Positions 1 to 13,911 of a DNA stretch of 64,000 nucleotides are shown piece after piece; position 1 is the stretch's first letter; every line of letters begins with the position of its first letter. This stretch comes from Mobula hypostoma (taxonomy: Eukaryota). The translations under genes were made by a program, and so were the position numbers. Under the pieces are notes generated by a model. The model was not told the DNA's origin, made no database searches, and saw only the letters and a list, made by a program, of their open reading frames with translations. The stretch covers positions 235,910,001 to 235,974,000 of the forward strand of contig NC_086098.1 of the NCBI RefSeq assembly GCF_963921235.1. Direction: 5' to 3'.

Positions 1-460
1 ACAATGCTGTGCCGAACATGTACTTACTTGAGAAATTACCTAGGGTTACCCACAGCCATCAATTTTTCCGTGTTCCATGTAGCTATCCAGGAGTCGATCA
101 AGAGACCATATTGTGTCCACCTCCACCAAAGTCGCTGGCAGCCCATTCCACGCACTCACCACTCTCTGAGTAAAAAGCTACCCCTGATATCTCCTCTGTA
201 CCTACTTCGAAGCACCATAAAACTGTGCCATTTCAACCCTAGGGAAAAGCCTCTGACTATCCACGCGATGATTGCCTTTCATCATCTTATACATCTCTAT
301 CAGGTCACCTCTCACCCTCCATCGCTCCAAGGAGATCAGACCAATTTCACTCAACCTATTCTCATAAGGCATGTTCCCCAATCCAGGCAACATCCTTGTA
401 AATCTCCTCTGCACACTTTCTATAGTTTCCACATCATTCCTGTAGTGAGGTGACCAGAAC
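1..460 (-). mobile_element. CR1 LINE ORF2 3' fragment
   Basis: Minus-strand translation DVETIESVQRRFTRMLPGL...LERWRVRGDLIEMYKMMKG, the typical CR1 post-RT C-terminus. Confidence 0.85.
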
Positions 461-1224
461 CAATCAAAGGGTAGGGCAGATATTTGCTGGGGTTCTCTAT
501 ATAACTGATACTCTGACCAGAATGATATCGAAGTAAAAATAACGAGTGTGTTTGTCAGCAAAGTGGGAATTGCAGGAGATTGAGAAGGTGCAGAAAAGGG
601 AAGTTGTAGTCGAGGGACCAAACTGGGCTATTTGAAGTGCTTTGCGGGTTGGATTGCCGAATGTGCCCCCCCCCCACCCCCCCCACCCCCCGCCTTCCCT
701 TCTATATCTTTGTCTGGGTGAAGTTGGTTTGGGGACGCGAACACAGTCTGGGGGAGCTGTGATCTGAGATCTTAAATCATTCCGTGATGAACTCGGATAT
801 TTGCCTGTTGCCCCACAACAGACCCAGCGCTGACGATGGTTCCCAAACTCAGTCAGCTTGTGTCTGCGAGTGACACTGATGCAGATGTGGACTCCGTCAT
901 ATCCCCGTGGGGACCGGGGCGGTGTTTGCACAGACTTTATTTAGCAGCAGTTACACAAATTGATGCTGTTTCTGTCTTGTTTGTTAAGCGGTGCAGGTGG
1001 TGCGGTCACTGGGTCCCGGGAGGGTGGTAAAGAGACAGATGGCGAATTTAAAATCACTGAAGTATTTTCCATTGAGGCAATGCAATTAGTGGTAAAGTCT
1101 CCGACTTAAGTTTAATCTCTAAATTGCTCATATTTTTAAACAGTGTTTTCTTCCAAAAGGCATATTAGGTATTCTGGCGATGCTGAAGCACGACAAACGT
1201 TCTTAACAACAAATAACTGTACCA

Positions 1225-1226
1225 GT

Positions 1227-1300
<74 letters not shown>
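1225..1300 (+). repeat. Compound (GT)n(GA)n microsatellite
   Basis: Directly visible. Confidence 0.98.
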
Positions 1301-1303
<3 letters not shown>

Positions 1304-3009
1304 CAACACAGGGAGTGACGAGTGGGACCTGACAGTCACAACTCTGATAAATTCATAATGGTAAGCGGACAGTCGGTTTGAGTTGCATGTCCAGGGAAAC
1401 TTTTGGAGGTCAGCCAGATTGGATTTGACGGCTTGCAGTCTCTCTCATTCCTTGAAACTAAACGCAGCGCACTATAATCTTTCACAGGAACATGACGACA
1501 TGGAATGCATATAAACATTCTTCTTAACATAGCCATTGCTATTTACTGAAATGCACCGTTTCTTTCATCACAAACGCTTGCACTAGTTACCACAGGAGAA
1601 AGAAGCAATCTATGATATTTCATATACTGATGAAGTTCCCGGACACATAAACGGTGAACAAAACACAGGTGCGCTCCTGGAATGCGCTCCTCTTTCAATA
1701 AGTTCATGACTCAGGGTCGCTGCAGAACCGTTTGGCCTTATTCTCATTTCCTTGGAATCTCTCAGTGCCCAAGCACCTATCGATCCCAGTCTGCAACTTT
1801 GTTAGTGATTAATTAAGAGCAGATCTCTGGGAGGGAGGCAGAGAATCCTCAGTTTCACCTCGTATATACTCTGTTAGTTCATTCAGTATCCTGACTTTCA
1901 AAGCATTCGCCTGTCATTTTTCTTAGCTGCAAAGACTGAGCGCATCCCTCTCAGTATCTGCTCACCGTTCGACCCTCTCATCCAGAGAACACAGTCTCTA
2001 TAGATTGTAAGATTTCATTCAGAAAACAGACCTGTTTACAGTACAGAGATAGTCTAACCTCGGGCCAGTAGAGATGCAGCAGGCACTCCACACTTTTGAA
2101 ATCTCACCTTCCTGCAAAAGGCTAAACTTTTCTTCCTCACTGCTTCCTAACCTAATGTTAAATTAGTGTGTTGATGAGCCAGCAAAGAATAACTCGGTGG
2201 AGACGGTGAGGGGTGGGGGTGGGGAGGTGGAGTGGAGAACATGTGGGAATACATTTGATTCATTCCTTTTAACACTGCCTTTGCTACTAACTAAAATACA
2301 CAATTTCATTAATCACCATCATTTGTACTAGTTACCACAGGAGAAAGAAGAAAGCACCGTAACTCTTCTGCTCAGACCGTACAGTATTAGACCATAGGAT
2401 ATAGGAGCCGGAATCGGCCGTTCGGCTCATTTAGTCTCCTCCACCATTCCATTATGGCTGATCTATCATCAAGATTCAAAGTAAATTTATTATCGAAGTG
2501 GATATATGGAGCGATATACAACCCTTGGATTTATTTTCTCGCAGGGAATCTCAATATATCCAATAACCATAGTAGAATCAATCATTACCCCTCTTAACCC
2601 CATTCTCCTGCCTTTATCCCGTAACCTTTGACACCTTTACTAATCAAGAACCTGTGAACCTCCGATTTAAATATTATATATCCAATAGCATCCACAGCCG
2701 ACTGTGGCAATTAAAAAATGTTAATACTACCTTCATTCGATGCGGAAGATAAAACTCAGCCAGTTTTATCGAAAAGAAGCACGCTTGTTTCGATGCAGAT
2801 CGGCTTTTTGGAATGACCATATAACAACGAATACCATGACAAAACTTCTCTGTGTTCTGAACCATGCTCAGAATAGCATGCAATAATAAATAAAAACTAT
2901 TGTAATCCGCGTTAGAAATGTGCAGTTCCTCCAGCAGAAAACTTTTATGTAAACACTTTCAAGTCTTTGGAAGAATCTATGAAGCACCGTGATATAGTTC
3001 AAAAATGGA

Positions 3010-4394
3010 TCAGTCAACATGTGATGGGATTTCATAACCTGAAAGACGGGGTACTAATTTAACAATTTTCAGGCCATAAACACAAGAGATTCTGCAGATG
3101 CTGGAAATCCAGAGGAACACATACAGAATGCTGGAACAACTCAGTAGATTAAGCAGGATCTATGGAAATGAATAGAGAGTCGACGTTTTGAGCCAAACGA
3201 TTTCAGTATATATCTTTTCCTTTCTGTTCCAGAAATGGCAAATTAGTTAATGTTGACTACCATTTTTAAAGTGAACTTACATACAAACTTCCTCAATGGA
3301 ACTGGGATGAAAATAATATGTTGAGATTGAAATAATTCCAATTGCGTTCATTTGTTTTAGGTTGAAAATATCAGATGGATTTTAACGAAGACAAGTGTGA
3401 AAAGTTTCACATCAGCCGGAATAACGAGGGTGGGATTTACACAGTGAAAGGCGGGGCATTGAGGTGTGCAATAGAAGAAAGGGATCTGGGCATACAGACT
3501 CTTAGTTCTTTTAAAGTTGCTTCACAAGTAGATAACGCCGCAAAGAGAGCTTTTTCGACATTGGCTTTCATAGCTCCCTCTATCTGATCCTTCAACGATT
3601 GAAGTTTTTCTTTGATTCTATTGTATTTCGTGGTTCCCGTGAATATCTGCAAGAAGCTGGATCTCACATTAATTGTTGATCACATTGCTACACCGTGGTG
3701 GTGAAGATTGTGAGTGGGAATGAGTTGTGGGCAAATAAATGAGTCTTGTGACTGTAGGCAAGAAGACTTCGTATGCCCTTACAATAGGTGATGAATAGGC
3801 CCATCTTCCTTCAGTGAACGTCATTTGATTAATCAAGTAGTCTTCGGAACTTATTTAAAAGCTCAAGGGGCTGAATTCCCTCCACTGCACGCGTGTAAGG
3901 ATCTTCGGTAGCTGAGTGAATTGCTCTTGTATCTGATGAAATATTCCCTTTCATTTTTACTGTAAATCTATTTTCCAGGTCACATCCCACCAAGGTCGTT
4001 GGCTGCGCTCTACTGCCACCTCATGTTCACTTGTGGAAATTCAGTTAGATAACTGCATGTCCTGTCCCAGTCTCTGATCTAACTTTGAAGATCTCGTTGG
4101 ATTTTTTTAACCTTTGGTCATCCCAATGTAATATACAATGTACAAATCAATGGTAGACAATTTAGATATTCTTTCGTATGTGATATCTGGAGGTTGATCT
4201 TTCCTGAGAGAAAGATCACGAGAGGAAGAGACATGTGAAGCATTTTGTTACTTCCAAATGCATTGTCACCAACCTGAGAATTAACACGTTGTCTGCAAAT
4301 ATTCAGATCACACCGGTGCAGCCACTCGCTACGCGATTGACGGATTTCTGTTCAGATCCTTACCCGAGAGATTGAATAATTCGTATTTTTAAGA
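3010..4394 (-). pseudogene. Putative decayed multi-exon membrane-protein gene, copy A (candidate exons 4394-4364, 4273-~3955, 3751-3668, 3301-3281, 3038-3010)
   Basis: Pyrimidine-rich AG acceptors and GT donors at homologous positions in both duplicate copies; 21-nt mini-exon with cccag/gtaagt sites; frames carry stops and frameshifts; family not identified. Confidence 0.35.
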
Positions 4395-4559
4395 CTGAAA
4401 AATGCACCTTAAGGACATGCGAGTCTCCATTTCAATGGTAGTGATACTTGAATACTTAAAGCCGCATCCTCCCACAATACGCTAACATTGTAATAATATC
4501 CTTAAAGCTGCAGGCAACATGTAATTACACTGACTAGTGATGTTACACGGGATCGCTGT

Positions 4560-6990
4560 TGGGTCAGTAGTTGCTTATCATCTGTTTTAATAATTTAGAC
4601 GGCAATGTCGTTAACTGGTTCAGCAATTTTGTGGATGACACCAAGATTGGGACGTAGAGAATAGTGAGGAAGGCTATTAAAGCTTGCAGCGTGATGTTGA
4701 GCAGTTGGGAAAATAGGCTGAAAATGTCAGATGGAGTTTGATTCAAAAGACACTTAAGAGGGTCATAGACAGGAATGGTTCAGTGTGATATTGACCAAAA
4801 ATGGACAACTAGTACTGGGTTGGATTAGGAGGGCTTGGCTCAACGGGGCCTCGGCGATAACGGGTCGAGGCGAGGTGAGTTACTTGTGAAGAATAGGAAT
4901 AGGAAGTATGTTTGCGAGGCCGGTGTTCTGTACTGGGTGTTGGATGTGGGATGTCCGGGAGACTCCCACCTCCCGGATGGCTACATCTGCACCAGAGCGT
5001 CGAGCTGCAGCTCCTTAGGGACAGGGGTAGGGCACTGGAGCTCAATGACCTTCGTCTGGTCAAGGAAAGTGAAAAGGTGATAGAGAGGAGCTATAGGCAG
5101 GGAGTCACGCCTGGGCCTCGGGAGACAGATAAGTGGGTTACAGTTAGGAGAGGGAAGGACAAGAGTCAGCTACTAGAGCGTACCCCTGTGGCTGTCCGCC
5201 TAAACAATAGGTACTCCTGTTTGAGTACAGGTGGGTGGGGGGAGGTGGTGAAGAGATAACCTACCTGGGTGAAACAACAGTGGCCACGCCTCTGGCACAG
5301 AGTCTGGCCTTGCGGCTCAGAAGGGTAGGGAAAGGAAAAGGATGGCAGCAGTGATAGGGGAATCGATAGTCAGAGAGTCAGACAGGCGATTCTGTGGACT
5401 CAGGAAAGAAACACGGATGGTAGTTTGTCTCCCAGGTGCCAGAGCCGGTATGTTTCTGATCGCAACCACGATATCCTGAAGTGGGAAGCTGAACAGCCGG
5501 AGGCCGTAGTACATATTGGTACCAACGACACAGGTAGGGAAAGGGAGGAGATCCTAAAAAGAGATACAGGGAGTTTGGAAAGAAGCTGAGAAGCAGGACC
5601 ACAACGGTAGTAATCTCGGGATTACTGTCTGTGTCATGCGACAGTGAGTATAGGAATAGAGTGAGGGGGAGGATAAATGCGTGGCTGAGGGATTGGAGTC
5701 GGAAACAGGGATTCAGATGTCTGGCTCATTGGGACCTCCTTTCGGGCAGGCGTGACCTGTACAATAGGGATAGGTTGCACTTGAATCCGAAACGGAACAA
5801 TACCCTGGCAGGGTGGTTTGCTTCGGCTACTGGGGAGAGTTTATACTAGAATTGCTGGGGATGGGATCCGAACTGAAGAGACGGAAGAAGGGGCGGTTGT
5901 CTCACAAATAGAGAAATCTTGTAGGCAGTGTGAGAGGGAGGATAAGCAGGTGATAGGGAAGGGATGCGCTCAGAATGATGGTTTGTGATGTGACTGTTTT
6001 AACGTAAGGAGTATCTTGAACAAAGCGGATGAGCTTAGAGCATGGATCAGAACTATGATGTTGTGGCCATTACAGAGACCTGGATGGCTCAGGGTCAAGA
6101 ATGGCTACTTAGAGTGCAAGGTTTTAGATGATTCAGAAAGGACAAGGAGGGAGACAAAAGAGGTGGGGGTATGGCCCTGCTGAAAGTTGGAAAAAACATT
6201 TAATTGGAGTAAGGGGAAATATGAAACTATCAGGCAGGAACTTGGAAGCATAAATTGGGAGCAGATGTTCTCAGGAATATGTATGACAGAAATGTGCAAA
6301 TAGTCAAGGGATATTACCGTGGCGTTCTGCATAGGTACGTTCCAGTAAGACAGGGAAAGGATGGTAGGGTACAGGAATCTTGGTGTACAAAGGTTGTTAA
6401 AAATCTAGTCTAGAAGAAAAGAAAAGCTAACGAAAGGTTCAAAAACAAGGTAACGATAGAGATCTAGAAAATTATAAGATGAATAGGAAGAAGCTTTAAA
6501 ATGAAGAGAGCCAGAAGGGGTCATGAGAACGTTTGTCGAGCAGGGAAGGAAAACCCCAAGACACTCTACAAGTATGTGAAGAGCAAGTTGATAAGACGTG
6601 AGAGAATAGGACCAATCAAGTGTGACATTGGAAAAGTGTGTTTGGAACCGGAGGAGGTTGCGGAGGTACTTAATGAAATATTTGCATCAGTATTCAGTAC
6701 GGAAAAGGACCTGGCGATTATAGGGATGTCTTACAGAGGACTGAAAAGTTTGAGCATATAGACATTAAGAAACGATAGAAAGGGTGCAGAGGAGATTTAT
6801 AAGGAAGTTGCCTGGATTGGGGAGCATGCCTAATGAGAATAGGCTGAGTGAACTTAGACTATTCTCCTGGAGCGACGGAGGATTAAAGGACACCTGATAG
6901 AGGTGTGTAAGATGATGAGAGGCATTGATCGTGTGGATATTCAGAGGCTTTTCCCCGGGGCTGAAATTGGTAACACGAGATGGCACAGTT
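4560..6990 (+). mobile_element. Degenerate CR1 LINE (ORF1 esterase-like region, endonuclease start, deleted ORF2, 3' part)
   Basis: ORF1-like VVCLPG and VVVHIGTND segments; NVRSILNKADELRAW...DVVAITETW APE motif; C-terminal CKMMRGIDRVD. Confidence 0.85.
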
Positions 6991-7228
6991 TGAACTTTTA
7001 CTCCCAGACTCTTTCCAACATGTCTGTTGATGGCCTTCCCTTCAGCCACGATGAGGCCATCCTGATGTGTAGAAGAAACACGTCGTTTTCTGCTGAGGTA
7101 GCCTGCAACCTGATGGCTTGAAGATCAATTTCTCCTTCCGGTAATGTTTTTTATTCTTTTTTCTTTTCCTCTCCTCCTTTCTTGGTCTGAAATTCCCACG
7201 GTTACCTCTTATACTCATGGGCCTATCA

Positions 7229-7426
7229 NNNNNNNNNNNNNNNNNNNNNNNNNNNNNNNNNNNNNNNNNNNNNNNNNNNNNNNNNNNNNNNNNNNNNNNN
7301 NNNNNNNNNNNNNNNNNNNNNNNNNNNNNNNNNNNNNNNNNNNNNNNNNNNNNNNNNNNNNNNNNNNNNNNNNNNNNNNNNNNNNNNNNNNNNNNNNNNN
7401 NNNNNNNNNNNNNNNNNNNNNNNNNN
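7229..7426. other. Assembly gap (198 N)
   Basis: Run of N. Confidence 1.
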
Positions 7427-8139
7427 TCCTCTCCTATGAAATTCAGTCTTCTCATATCCTTTATCACCAATCTGGTTTTACCCAACACATATTAAACGCG
7501 ACCCTGCCAATTAAAGAAACTTAAAAAAAATTCTGACGCGTTCCCCTTCCTTTCCAATCCCGTTCGTCCCTGAGCGACGATTTTTATCCATTTCCAGAGA
7601 TATTGCCTGACCTGCTGAGATCCACCGGCATTTTGAATGTGCTGATGTGGATTTTTTACATTTGAAGTATCTCTTTTTTTTTCTGATCTGCTACTGCACT
7701 GCGAGTCTCTGAAGTATACATACACGCCCCTTCTCTCTCTCTCTCTCTCAACTCATCCCCTCTGATGTCTGCTGCCCTCCGACGTTTCGACCATGACCTC
7801 ACCCATCCTCGCTACCAAGTGAATGTATCCATTCTGTCAACTTGTCTTCGCCGCCATCTTGTCCCACATGTCTTCCAACATAACTACCCAGGGACGAGGT
7901 ACCAAAAGATGAGTGTGTGGCTGAAACTTTGGCTTTTTAAAAGTGCTGCAGGAAAGAGCCAGAGAAATAAAAGCCTGCGACAAGCTATTGTAGGATTTGC
8001 TAAGGGTCCATCAGCCTTTAGAAAGGCAAGGAGTGATTAGGGATAGTCATTATGGCTTTGTGCGTTGGAAATTGTGACGGGGAAACGAATTTTGAAGAGA
8101 TGAAGAACAACGTGTGAATATGGTAAGAATATTACCATA

Positions 8140-9206
8140 TGATATAGGACCAGAATTAGTCAATTTGACCCTTCGAGCCTGCTACGACATTTCATCATGA
8201 CTGGTCGATTTTCCCTCTCAGCCCAAGTGTCCTGCCTTCTCCCCGTATTCCTTCATGCCCTGACTAATCAAGAACTTGTCAACTTCTGCCTTAAATATAC
8301 CCAATGATATGGCCCCTCGCTGCAGAAATTCCTCCTCCGCTCCGTTCTGAAAGGACGACCCTTTATAAATAGGGTGTGTTCTCTGGTCTTAGACTCACAC
8401 ACATAGGGAACATCCTCTCCACATCCACTCTATCGAGACTTTTTAACTGTCGATACGGTTCAGTGAGGTCACCTCCTCTTTCTTCTAATTTCCAGTGAGT
8501 TCAGGCCCAGAGCCATCAAACGCTCTTTATAAGAGAAACCTTTCAATCCCGGAGTAATTTTCGCGATGCCCCTAAGTACCCTCTCCAATGTCACCCACTC
8601 TTTCTTAGATAAGTGGCCCAAAACTGCTCACAGTACTCCAAGTGAGGCTTTACCAGTGCTTTATCGAGCCTCAATATTACACGCTTGCTGTTATGTTCTA
8701 GCCCTCCTGAGATGAATGCAAACATCACAATTACCTTCCTCACCAGCGACTCGACCTGCAAATTACCATTTTGGAAATCCTGCACAAGGACTCCCAATTC
8801 GCTTTGCACCTCAGATTCTGGAATTTTCCATACATTTAGAAACTAGTCTACCCTTTTATTTCTTCTACCAAAGTGCATGATATTGTATTCCATTTGCTAC
8901 TCCTTTGCCTAATCCTCTAATCTGTCTAAGTCAATCTGTAGCCTCTGTACTTCCTCAAAACTACCTGTTCCTTCACGTGTCTTTTGAGAAACCGGCCACA
9001 AAGCCATCGATTACTTTATCCAAATCATTGACATAGAAAGAATCGGTCCCAATCGACACCTTGTGGAACACCACTGGTCACCAGCCGCGGACCAGAGAAG
9101 GCTCACTTTATTCTTCTTTTTGCCTCCTTTCAATCAGCCAGTACTTTGTCCATGCTAGAATCTTTCTTACAACACCATTGTCTCTTAATTTGTTAAGCAG
9201 CCTCAT
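8140..9206 (-). mobile_element. CR1 LINE ORF2 3' part (continues at 14311-14740, split by the Gypsy insertion)
   Basis: LGVLVQD...LVKPHLEYCEQFWATYLRK; sequence joins across the Gypsy as aagcagcctcat|atgtggtaccttgtcaaagg. Confidence 0.85.
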
Positions 9207-9583
9207 TGTCATGGTCCCTTCTGGCAATCCCCCACGTTGCTATTTACCTCAGGAACTGGGCCTCAATCCTCTAGTTTAATTTCCAATCATTCCTAGGTTC
9301 AACTAACTACACACACCTGCTTGCCATCAGAAAATGCAGGATAAAGACCCTGTGATCACAAGCCAGTTCGTTGGTCGACTCCGGCGTGAGTAACCTCGTT
9401 TCATGGTTCCTAGGACTGTCAGTTCTAAGTCTAGCATCGCTCCAGGATTGTCTCCCAACCCAGGACTCCGGGTAAGTACTCTCCTGGATACCGATTCCAC
9501 GCTCGCTACGTCAACAAGGCCTCCCGACTCTGCCGCCGCGCCCGGGTTCTCCACTTGGGTTCGTCACTTGGGCTCGTGTAACA
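9207..9583 (+). repeat. 5' LTR of Gypsy element
   Basis: TGTCATGG...TGTAACA, homologous to 13912-14310. Confidence 0.95.
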
Positions 9584-9599
9584 GAATGAACTGGCCCTA

Positions 9600-12500
9600 A
9601 TGAACCCAGCGGACACGGATCCCGTACACAGGCCCTCGCCAGCCAGGGCTACCTACTGGGCGCCCACGACCAACTACTTCGGCAGGTCAAGGAAAACCTT
9701 CGGACGCTATCCACGAATGTACGGAAGGTCAGTGAACAGGTGGACACAGTTTCCACTTCCCTTTTTCCGTCCACTCCAACAATCCCGACTACCCAACCTG
9801 CACCACTCGGGATGGCGTCGCCCCTGGGATCAGCAACACAGTCCCCTCGAGAGCCATACGTACCCGAGCCCGAACCCTACGCTGGGGACCGAGGGAGGTG
9901 CCGGGCCTTCCTGTTACAATGCTCTCTGGTCTTTGAGCTACAGCCACGTACCTACACTTCAGATAAATCCAAGATTGCGTACATCATGGGGCTGTTACGA
10001 GGGGATGCCTTGGCTTGGGCAACCACGATATGGGATAACCAACCAGAGGTTTGTTCCTCCTTCCGCTCCTTTGTTGCTGAAATGAAGAAGGTCTTCGAAC
10101 AACCCATTCGCGATAATACGCCGCTAAGCGCTTGCTGACTCTTTGCCAGGGTTCGCGAAGCGTAGCAAGGCATTCCATAGGGTTCCGAACCTTAGCAGCA
10201 GACTCAGGGTGGAATGACGAGGCCCTACGGGAGGTGTTTCGATAGGCCTCTCGGACAAGATAAAGGATCAACTGGCAGCGAGGGACGGCACGGACTGTCT
10301 GGACTCTCTGGACTCTCTGATCTCGCCAGCCACTAGATTCGATAATGGACTTCAAGAGCAACAGAGAGAAAGAACCAGTCGCTCCGCTCCTCGAGGAAGC
10401 CCACAGTCCACCTTATCAGTCTCAGCTAGCCTCCCTTCCCCAGCCGCTCCAAGTGCAGCTCCTGCTGCGACCGTCCCCACCACCCTGGGGGAGGAACCGA
10501 TGCAGATGGGACGGAACCGGCTCTCTCCGGCGGAACTACTTCGGAGGAGGAGAGCTGGGGATTGTTTCTATTGTGGCCAGCGAGGACATTTCCGGGATAC
10601 TTGCCCTCAGCGGCCTAAAGGGAGGGATCAATAGTGAAAAAGGGGGCCCTGGTGAGCCGGACGATACTCCCTTCAGCCCCCCAGACTCGGATGCAGATCC
10701 CAGCTACGGTGAATTACCAACGACTGTCTCTGTCCCTATCCGCTTTGGTGGATTCCGGTGCCGAGGACAATCTGCTGGACGAAGACATAGCCTCCCAGGC
10801 TGGAATACCTCGCGAGCCGCTAAGTAACCCCCTGGATGCCCGGGCCCTGGAAGGAAAACTGCTGGCTCGGGTGACCCACTGTACACCGCCCCTGACCTTG
10901 ATCCTATCCGGCAAGCATCGGGACGAGGTACGATTCAGTCTCATTCGTTCACCTCAAGCCCCGATAGTTCTAAGGTATCCATGGCTAACCCAACATAATC
11001 CCCACAACGACTGGTCTACCGGGAGGATAGCCAAATGGAGCCAGTCTTGCCGCGCCAACTGTCTGCGGTCAGCCCCATCTCCGAGGGAAGCTACCGCGAC
11101 CCCGCCTGTCCCGGAACCCCACGAGTCCACACAGAATACCATGACCTGGGACCGGTATTCAGTAAACAACGGGCCCTTTCCCTGCCTCCGCATATGAATG
11201 TGTCATCGACCTTCTCCCCGGGGCCTCGCTACCCACCAGTCGCCTTTTTAACCTATCCGGACCAGACAGAGAGACCAAGTACATTAGTGAGTCCCTCGCG
11301 GTGGGCATTATCGGACCTTCATCCTCCCCAGTAGGCGCCGGTTCCTTCTCTGTAGAAAAGAACGACGGGTCGCTTCGTCCTTGTATTGATTACGGAGGCC
11401 TAAACAGTATAACAGTTAAGAATAAGTACCCTCTACCCCTCATTAGTTCGGCTTTTGAACCACTGCATGGAGCCACCATCTTCTCAAAGCTGGACCTTCG
11501 TAGCGCCTACTATCTAGTCAGGATGAGGGAGGGGGACGAGTGGAAGACAGCCGTTAATACACCTCTGGCCACTTCGAATATTGGATCATGCCGTTTGGCC
11601 TCACCAATGCTCCCGCCCTTTTTCAAGCCCTAATCAATGATGTACTGGGGGATTTTATTAATCGGTTTGTATTCGTTTACCTCGATGATATCCTGATATT
11701 TTCTAACTCCCCGCCCCAAGAACACGTTCACTATGTCCGTCAAGTCCTCCAGAGACTGTGGGAAAACCAGTTATTTGTGAAGACGGAGAAATGCGAGTTC
11801 CGCGTTCCTTCGGTCAGCTTCCTGGGTTATATCATTGAGAGTGGGCAGGTGAGAGCAGACCCCGAGGAGATCCGGGCGGTGGAAGAATGGCCTAGGCCCA
11901 CGACCCGCAAACAATTTCAACGATTCCTGGGGTTTGCAAACTTCTACCGCAGATTTATCAGAGACTACAGTCAAGTGGCAGCCCCCTTACCTTGGTTACC
12001 TCGTCTACTAGCCCCTTCTGTTGGGACTCCGAAGCTGACCTCGGCGTTCACCGACCTGAAGAGGTGTTTCACCACCGCTACCATCCTGGTCCATCCGGAC
12101 CCAGGCCGTCAATTAATTGTCGAGGTGAACGCCTCTGACTCCGGGATTGGAGCAGTCCTGTCCCAACGATCAAGTTCGGACGAAAAGCTTCACCCCTGCG
12201 CCTTCTATTCTCGCCAACCGTCCTTCGCCGAGCGGAATTACGACGTGGGGAATCGGGACCTCCTGGCGGTCAAACTACCATTGGAAAAATGGAGGTACTG
12301 GCTGGGGGGGCGGGGGGGCAGAACAACCTTTTGTGGTGTGGAGTGATCATAAAAACCTGGGGTATATTCAGACCGCCAGACGTATGAACAGCCGCCAGGC
12401 CCATTGGACATTATTTTTTGGACGGTTCAAACCGTCCAGGGTCCATGAACGGGAAGCCGGACGTGCTCTCCCGCCAATACGACTCCAAGAAGAACACTTC

Positions 12501-13162
12501 CAGCCCAGGGACTATTCTCCCGCCATCCTGCATTGTTGCCACCCTCACTTGGGAGATCGAATCCAAAGTAAAAGAAGCCCAACGGGGCGACCCCGACCCC
12601 GGTAAAGGACCCCGGCGATCGCCTGTATGTGCCCGTGTCCGTCAGGTTTCAGGCATGGGGGCACACATCTCCGTTCGCCTGCCATCCCGGGAGAGATCGG
12701 ATCCTAGCGCTCCTGGAAAAAAAACACTTTTGGTGGCCGTCCATGGAGGCGGATACCTGTTCCTATGTCTCGGCATGTTTCATCTGTGCCCGGGGAGAAG
12801 CCTCTCATCGGCCACCTGCGGGTTTACTTCGTCCTATACCTGTTCCTGGTCGTCCCTGGTCGCACATCGCCTCAGACTTCGTCACCGGTCTACCCCCTGC
12901 ATATGGAAACGCCACCGTACTCACCGTGGTCGACCGGTTCTCCAAGGCGGTGTACTTCGTAGCCCTCGCTAAACTCCCATCCTCAAGAAACAGCAGATCT
13001 TCTGGTCCGACAGGTCTTCCGCCTCCACGAAATCCCCGCGGACATCGTCTCCGATCGAGGTCCCCAGTTCGTTTCGGAGGTATGGGAGGCCTTCCGTCAA
13101 GCCTTAGGTGCACCGGTCAGCCTGTCATCCGGCTTCCACCCTCAGACGAACAGGCAGACGGA
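9600..13162 (+). pseudogene. Gypsy gag-pol, frameshifted
   Basis: Domains spread over ORFs 9740-10138, 10634-11197, 11301-11633, 11588-12346 and 12629-13162 in shifting frames. Confidence 0.9.
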
Positions 13163-13834
13163 TTTTTCCATCCAAGGGGTCAGTGTAGACATGGTGAAGG
13201 ATTACAGATACCTGGGGATACGAATTGACAATAAACTGGACTGGTCAAAGAACACTGAGGCTGTCTATAAGAAGGGTCAGAGCCGTCTCTATTTCCTGAG
13301 GAGACTGAGGTCCTTTAACATCTGCCGGACGATGCTGAGGATGTTCTACGAGTCTGTGGTGGCCAGTGCGATCATGTTTGCTGTTGTGTGCTGGGGCAGC
13401 AGGCTGAGGGTAGCAGACACCAACAGAATCAACAAACTCACTTGTAAGGCCAGTGATGTTGTGGGGATGGAACTGGACTCTCTGACGGTGGTGTCTGAAA
13501 GGAGGATGCTGTCCAAGTTGCATGCCATCTTGGACAATGTCTCCCATCCACTACATAATGGACTGGTTGGGCACAGGAGTACATTCAGCCAGAGACTCAT
13601 TCCACCGAGATGCAACACAGAGCGTCATAGGAAGTAATTCCTGCCTGTGGCCATCAAAATTTTCAACTCCTCCCTTGGAGGGTCAGACACCCTGAGCCAA
13701 TAGGCTGGTCCTGGACTTATTTCCTGGCATAATTTACATATTACTATTTATGGTTTTATTACTATTTAATTATGTATGGTGCAACTGTAACGAAAACCAA
13801 TTTCCCCCGGGATCAATAAAGTATGACAATGACT
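13163..13834 (+). mobile_element. 5'-truncated Rex1/Babar-like LINE nested in the Gypsy integrase
   Basis: [17 protein letters not shown]...[15 protein letters not shown]...VVCWG; 3' end AATAAA followed by ATGACAATGACT tail. Confidence 0.85.
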
Positions 13835-13911
13835 CTCATCCACGACTTTCATCGGGGCCATCCACACAGGCCTGGAGGATCGCCTGGAGGCTCCCGATGA
13901 AGGAGTGTTCC

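Larger units (their letters stand above)
480..4750 (+). repeat. Segmental duplication, copy A (paralogous to ~26500-28210, 33030-35330 and 36540-36660)
   Basis: Collinear non-TE similarity, e.g. 854-919 vs 26971-27036, 1320-1560 vs 27420-27660, 2330-4540 vs 33030-35320. Confidence 0.9.

Noticed and set aside
1336-2200. Minus-strand ORF-like segments conserved in both duplicate copies (MAMLRRMF..., SLAFC...YWPE...YCKQVCFL)
   Set aside because: Similarity is explained by the duplication; alternative frames have shared stops and no family could be named with confidence
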